A stretch of 64,000 bases of DNA. Origin: Trichoplax sp. H2. Taxonomy: Eukaryota. Shown piece by piece: positions 60,001 to 64,000 of this stretch. The notes below the pieces were generated by a model. It saw only the letters and a program-made list of their open reading frames with translations, did not search any database and was not told the origin of the DNA. Location: assembly GCA_003344405.1 (NCBI GenBank), contig NOWV01000107.1, positions 62,001 to 126,000 on the forward strand, written 5' to 3'. The position numbers and the translations under genes were made by a program. The first letter of the stretch is position 1. Every line of letters starts with the position of its first letter.

Positions 60001-62919
60001 CTTTGCTATTTCCTTAAATTTACGTAAATTTAGGTCCTTATATCAGTACAACTGCCGTTAAACTTAAATGACGTGTTGACAAGATTTTACAAATTTTAAA
60101 AGCACGAAGTAATTGCCATGGAATCTTTATTTTTGGGTGTACTATGAATATAATATGAATCCGTGTAATAAAAATATTGCCTAATTATTACTGATCCTCA
60201 ACAACCGAAACAATAGTTTACTTCCGAACTTAAAGAAAGTCTAATCTTATTACCATCAAGCTCTCTAACATATAGTTGGGCATCAATTTACACATACAGC
60301 TATAAAGATTTAACAAGTTTAAGATAAAAACAGTAGTACAGATCCAATCTTATTCAATTGCTTTATATGAAAAACTATGAGATATCATTAGTAAGGATTT
60401 ATCATGCTTATTACAAAGATTTCAAGCTTCATAAATTCTTAGTAAATGTAAATTAATAACTAATAATTCAGACGAGAATTAGCAGTTTTCAATAATTTAC
60501 ACGCAAATAGCATGAATTTTTAATTATATTTGTGAACATAGACACCTTCTCTACATATAAATCGACATACTGCGTATGGTCTGTAAACTCTATACGAAAC
60601 ACTATAAATTTGAATTCCCTGCTTATTAGAATTACCATTTATACAGTATTTGATTTTGTATATTAATTTTACAATACTATTATAGCTGGTAGTATGTACC
60701 GCGACATTAATATGTTGAATTTAAGATTTAGATTCTGTTTAGATATACAGTAAATGCATTATAGTATCATTATAGTATTTATTTACATGGATACAGTAGT
60801 TCAATCTATAGTATAACTGGAAGTGATGTGGTTTAGCGATTTTTTCATATTTGGATTTTTAAGACAGAGGATATTATTGCTTGCTTTGAAACCTTGATTG
60901 CGAGTAGGCATACTGAAGATAGTATTATTTATGGGGTTTACATTAAGTATATAAATACAATGTAAGTTTGGAGAAAAGGTGTTCGTGAGCTATTCTTAAA
61001 ATCGAAATATTTTAAACTTACAGTGTTTTTAGATTTAGCAAGGAATCGAACTGGTAGGATGTCAGGTTGGTCATCTTATTGCTTGTTAGATTTCTTGCGT
61101 AATGAGATAAATCAAGGGCGTAGGAGAATATAAACTTAAGTAATGAAATACGGGTATCGATTGATTTCAATGTCCGATGAAAAGCTATTACGATGTGTAA
61201 TACTGATTGTAAATAAACTAGTAAATATTCTTGGTATGCATGTTATCAGTAAGATAATAAGGCAATGATTCATCACGAAAATTAAGCGAATTTTCTCAAT
61301 ATCCTTTCAATAAACTAATGATAGAAGCACACTCAATATATCAAGAGTAAATTTCTGTTTATAATTTTTGTTTATATAATATCTTATTTCATAGCAATAA
61401 GAAGTAGAAGCGATATGTCTATTGGGTACATAGGATTTATATTAAATTTTACTCCATAAATTGTATATTAAATATAGTTTAATACGCTTATTTAGTATTT
61501 TTCAACTTTAAGAACTTTAGTTAGACTATATTTTGATCATCTTTAAAGGCAAGTACTTTATACTAGCACTGCATTGTGTTGTAAAATCAAATACGATTGG
61601 AGTTGATTTAGAATGATACAAAGAGATTTTAAGCATACAGAATTTGTAAATTTGGTATCAAGTTGAATGCACTTCTTTCAATAAGGCTAATCTCATTGAA
61701 TTGTAATTCTCTGAAAATTGAAGTAAATAGCACATATTGTATGAGTAATACGCGATTATAAGGAAAATAGAAATGTAATTGAATATTATGCACTTAAATT
61801 TGCCTTCAGATATTTAATACTACATTATTTTCTTTTCAAATGCTAATAGTATGCAACAAATCTGAGCTATAATGATAGATTATCACATAAGATTTCGATA
61901 TCTTACAATGTAGTCATAGCAGGTAGAAATGGAAAGCTATCATTCTTAATAGATTGAATTCGATTAAGATTCAAATACCTAAATTTTGAGGTGATAACGA
62001 TTTACAGTCACGTATCGCCAAGCATTTATATTGCTATGACATTCATCAATTATCTTTACGAGTATTATTGCATAATATACGGTATTATTTGATTATCATA
62101 TTGTCATATTACAAGTAAGTAGTAAATTGATTACAAAAACATTATAATTTCGTAACGTACAGTACTTGTAGTTGGTAGAGTTTAGCAAATTTATAGCTTT
62201 CGATTTGAAAGGGTTTTGGAAATAAGCCAGAAATGTCACTGTTGCAAAAATTTAAAATTAAATATTAGATGACGGTAATGTACTAAAAATTACGTTCTAG
62301 TTTTAAAGATCTTGGCTTGTCATAGCAGATAACAATTACATCAGGTAATCTGAGAGAAATATTGGTTTTGATATTAATATTCAATACTGAACAAGAAGTA
62401 CATAATATGAGAGAAAGAGAGGATTATGATGTAGTGAGATCGCTACAATAAAGCAGGGGAGGTCAAGTGCGCGAGCTTTACGAGCTAGTAAAACTACCTA
62501 TTAATTAGATAGATAATAAAAGTTTTTTAAAAGATGAGAACATAGCATGAGATGTACTATAATGAGAAATAGTAGTCAGAGCATCCCACTTCTATGGTGA
62601 GATTAGTCTTTGATACGACGAATTTAAATATTAATTTAGAAATATGCTAAAGTAGATGTAATATGGTAAAGTAAAAATAGACCGTATCGTTTATAGGAGC
62701 ATATACTATCATGGCGATCGCTAAATTGGTATTTAACTCCTGTTGTAATATTGGTCTATTGCGTATTTAAAGTATACTTGTTGACTTAAGAAACATACAC
62801 TATATAGTGCATGTCCAGTTACTTCCATACATTGTGTATTTATTCATACTTACAGATATTTTAGGTGAGGATGAGCACTGAAGCTGTAATTAGCATGAGT
62901 AATGCTTTGAGAGATTTTC
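40060..62919 (-). CDS. LRR-containing GPCR (LGR/RXFP-like) with ~31 LRR exons and a C-terminal kinase-like domain; 5' end beyond the window
   Basis: LRR exons, mostly 72 nt and phase 2-2, e.g. 61093-61022, 59961-59890, 52634-52563 (TLDQNKIKEIPNGAFAGLKNLRNL), 46401-46330, 46182-46111. 7TM exon 44453-43399 has the YLCC...CEP...STCSNIL hinge, LDRY, CWMP and NSCINPIIY. Tail exons at 42449-42388, ~42090-41996, 41632-41403, 41308-41110, 40834-40595 and 40170-40060. Confidence 0.85.
44852..45371. mobile_element. LTR-like insertion starting TGTCACG, truncated by the gap; contains ~31-bp internal tandem repeats
   Basis: Present after the first copy of the duplication and absent after the second. TG-starting terminus. 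GTGTTATGGTGTTTGTTATTGAT is repeated. Confidence 0.55.
45372..45391. other. Assembly gap (20 N)
   Basis: Run of n characters. Confidence 1.
50055..50174. repeat. Inverted repeat (~34-bp arms, ~50-bp spacer), MITE- or hairpin-like
   Basis: AACAGGTTATGTTACAACGACATAGTTTAGTAAC matches the reverse complement of GTGATTAAACTATGTCGTTGTAACAAAACCTGTT with 3 mismatches. Confidence 0.85.
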
Positions 62920-63377
62920 CTGATCCCAATTATTGATGGTATAAAATAAACAAAGTTTAAGTGAGTATAATGCAATTGTTTTAATCTAGATATATTCATA
63001 TATAAAAAGAGTCTTCAAAACATTATAACAAGAACTGTAATTACTTATAAAACTGTTCTTTAATACATAAACTTGGATCATCTGACAAATCAAAGACTAA
63101 CTACTTTCAATCAAACTTTCGACGATTTGTATACTTATAAGTTACTGTAATATTTTAGCAAAATAACCATAGATTACCAACTAAGTCAGAAGATCAAAAC
63201 TAAATTTATCATCGATAGATCTATTATCGACCATCGCTTCTAATTGGTGTGCTACGATGAATTCTTTATAAAACTAAATTACTTAGTGTAATCGACTAGT
63301 TATCTTGAGGTTTCGATATATTCATCGTCATAGAAAAGCTACAATGCGTACCATAAATACACTTTTGAAAAAGATAC

Positions 63378-63812
63378 TCTCACTGAACGAGTTATTGTGA
63401 AGAATCAGATTATGAAATTTAGTAAATGTAATATTGTGTTATGATGATCATACTTGACTACGAAGCGCAAGAATCACTGTAGTTATAATTACTTGTGTAA
63501 ATTATATGCTGTGAGCTAGTTCTCTAGAATTAGTCAGTAGATGTCTATGACTAGAAGTATTTCTGCTTTAATTTGGTTGTCTAGTATACATTAACTACTA
63601 CAATGTTACGATGTTTCATTAGTGTTAGCTGTCTGGTTAAGAGTATATAAGCTCGACAGACAGTGGAGCAAGATCAATTTCCTAGTTGTTAGCGTAAAAG
63701 CAAAGACTTCTTTAATTTCTGTAAAAAAGTCAATAGAAATTGAATCCCAGAGACGTTGGGTGTTAAGAGATTAGTTTTTACGTAGTCCTTATTGCGAAGC
63801 TGTACTGTGATA
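63378..63812. mobile_element. Old solo-LTR-like insertion (~435 bp) with a 5-bp target-site duplication GATAC
   Basis: GATAC at 63373-63377 and 63813-63817. The ends TCTCAC...GTGATA resemble a decayed TGTCAC...GTGACA. The homologous empty site at ~45779 has a single GATAC. Confidence 0.6.
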
Positions 63813-64000
63813 GATACTTGCCTAGTCTTGTAATCAAATGTACAACTTACACTATTCTCTTACTATATTTTAATTTTAGGAATTGCTCTAATGTTTAGAC
63901 GTTCTTTAAGTTTAGAACATAGATTTTAGAAATTGTTAACTTGAAAGTTAAAATTTCAAGTAATAAAATATATATTATTTGTTAATATTTCGTACGTACG

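Overview
AT-rich, intron-containing animal genomic DNA. Short GT-AG introns, intronless orphan class A GPCRs and an LRR-GPCR suggest a placozoan such as Trichoplax (inference). Gene order: 3' part of a SLIRP-like RRM gene (+), SNW1/SKIP (-), tau-tubulin kinase (-), FAM161 (-), two tandem intronless rhodopsin-type GPCRs with degenerate activation motifs (-), a ~200-bp tandem array, glia maturation factor (+), and a >22 kb minus-strand gene running off the window end. That last gene is the standout. About 31 one-LRR-per-exon modules feed an LGR/RXFP-type 7TM exon, which splices in frame through phase-compatible exons into a degenerate protein-kinase domain, predicting an LRR-GPCR-pseudokinase fusion receptor. 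Also seen: a vertebrate-like SLIRP-SNW1 tail-to-tail pair, a duplicated signal-peptide ORF upstream of SNW1, LTR-like insertions, and a probable haplotype duplication at an N gap. All exon models were derived by hand and need transcript confirmation.
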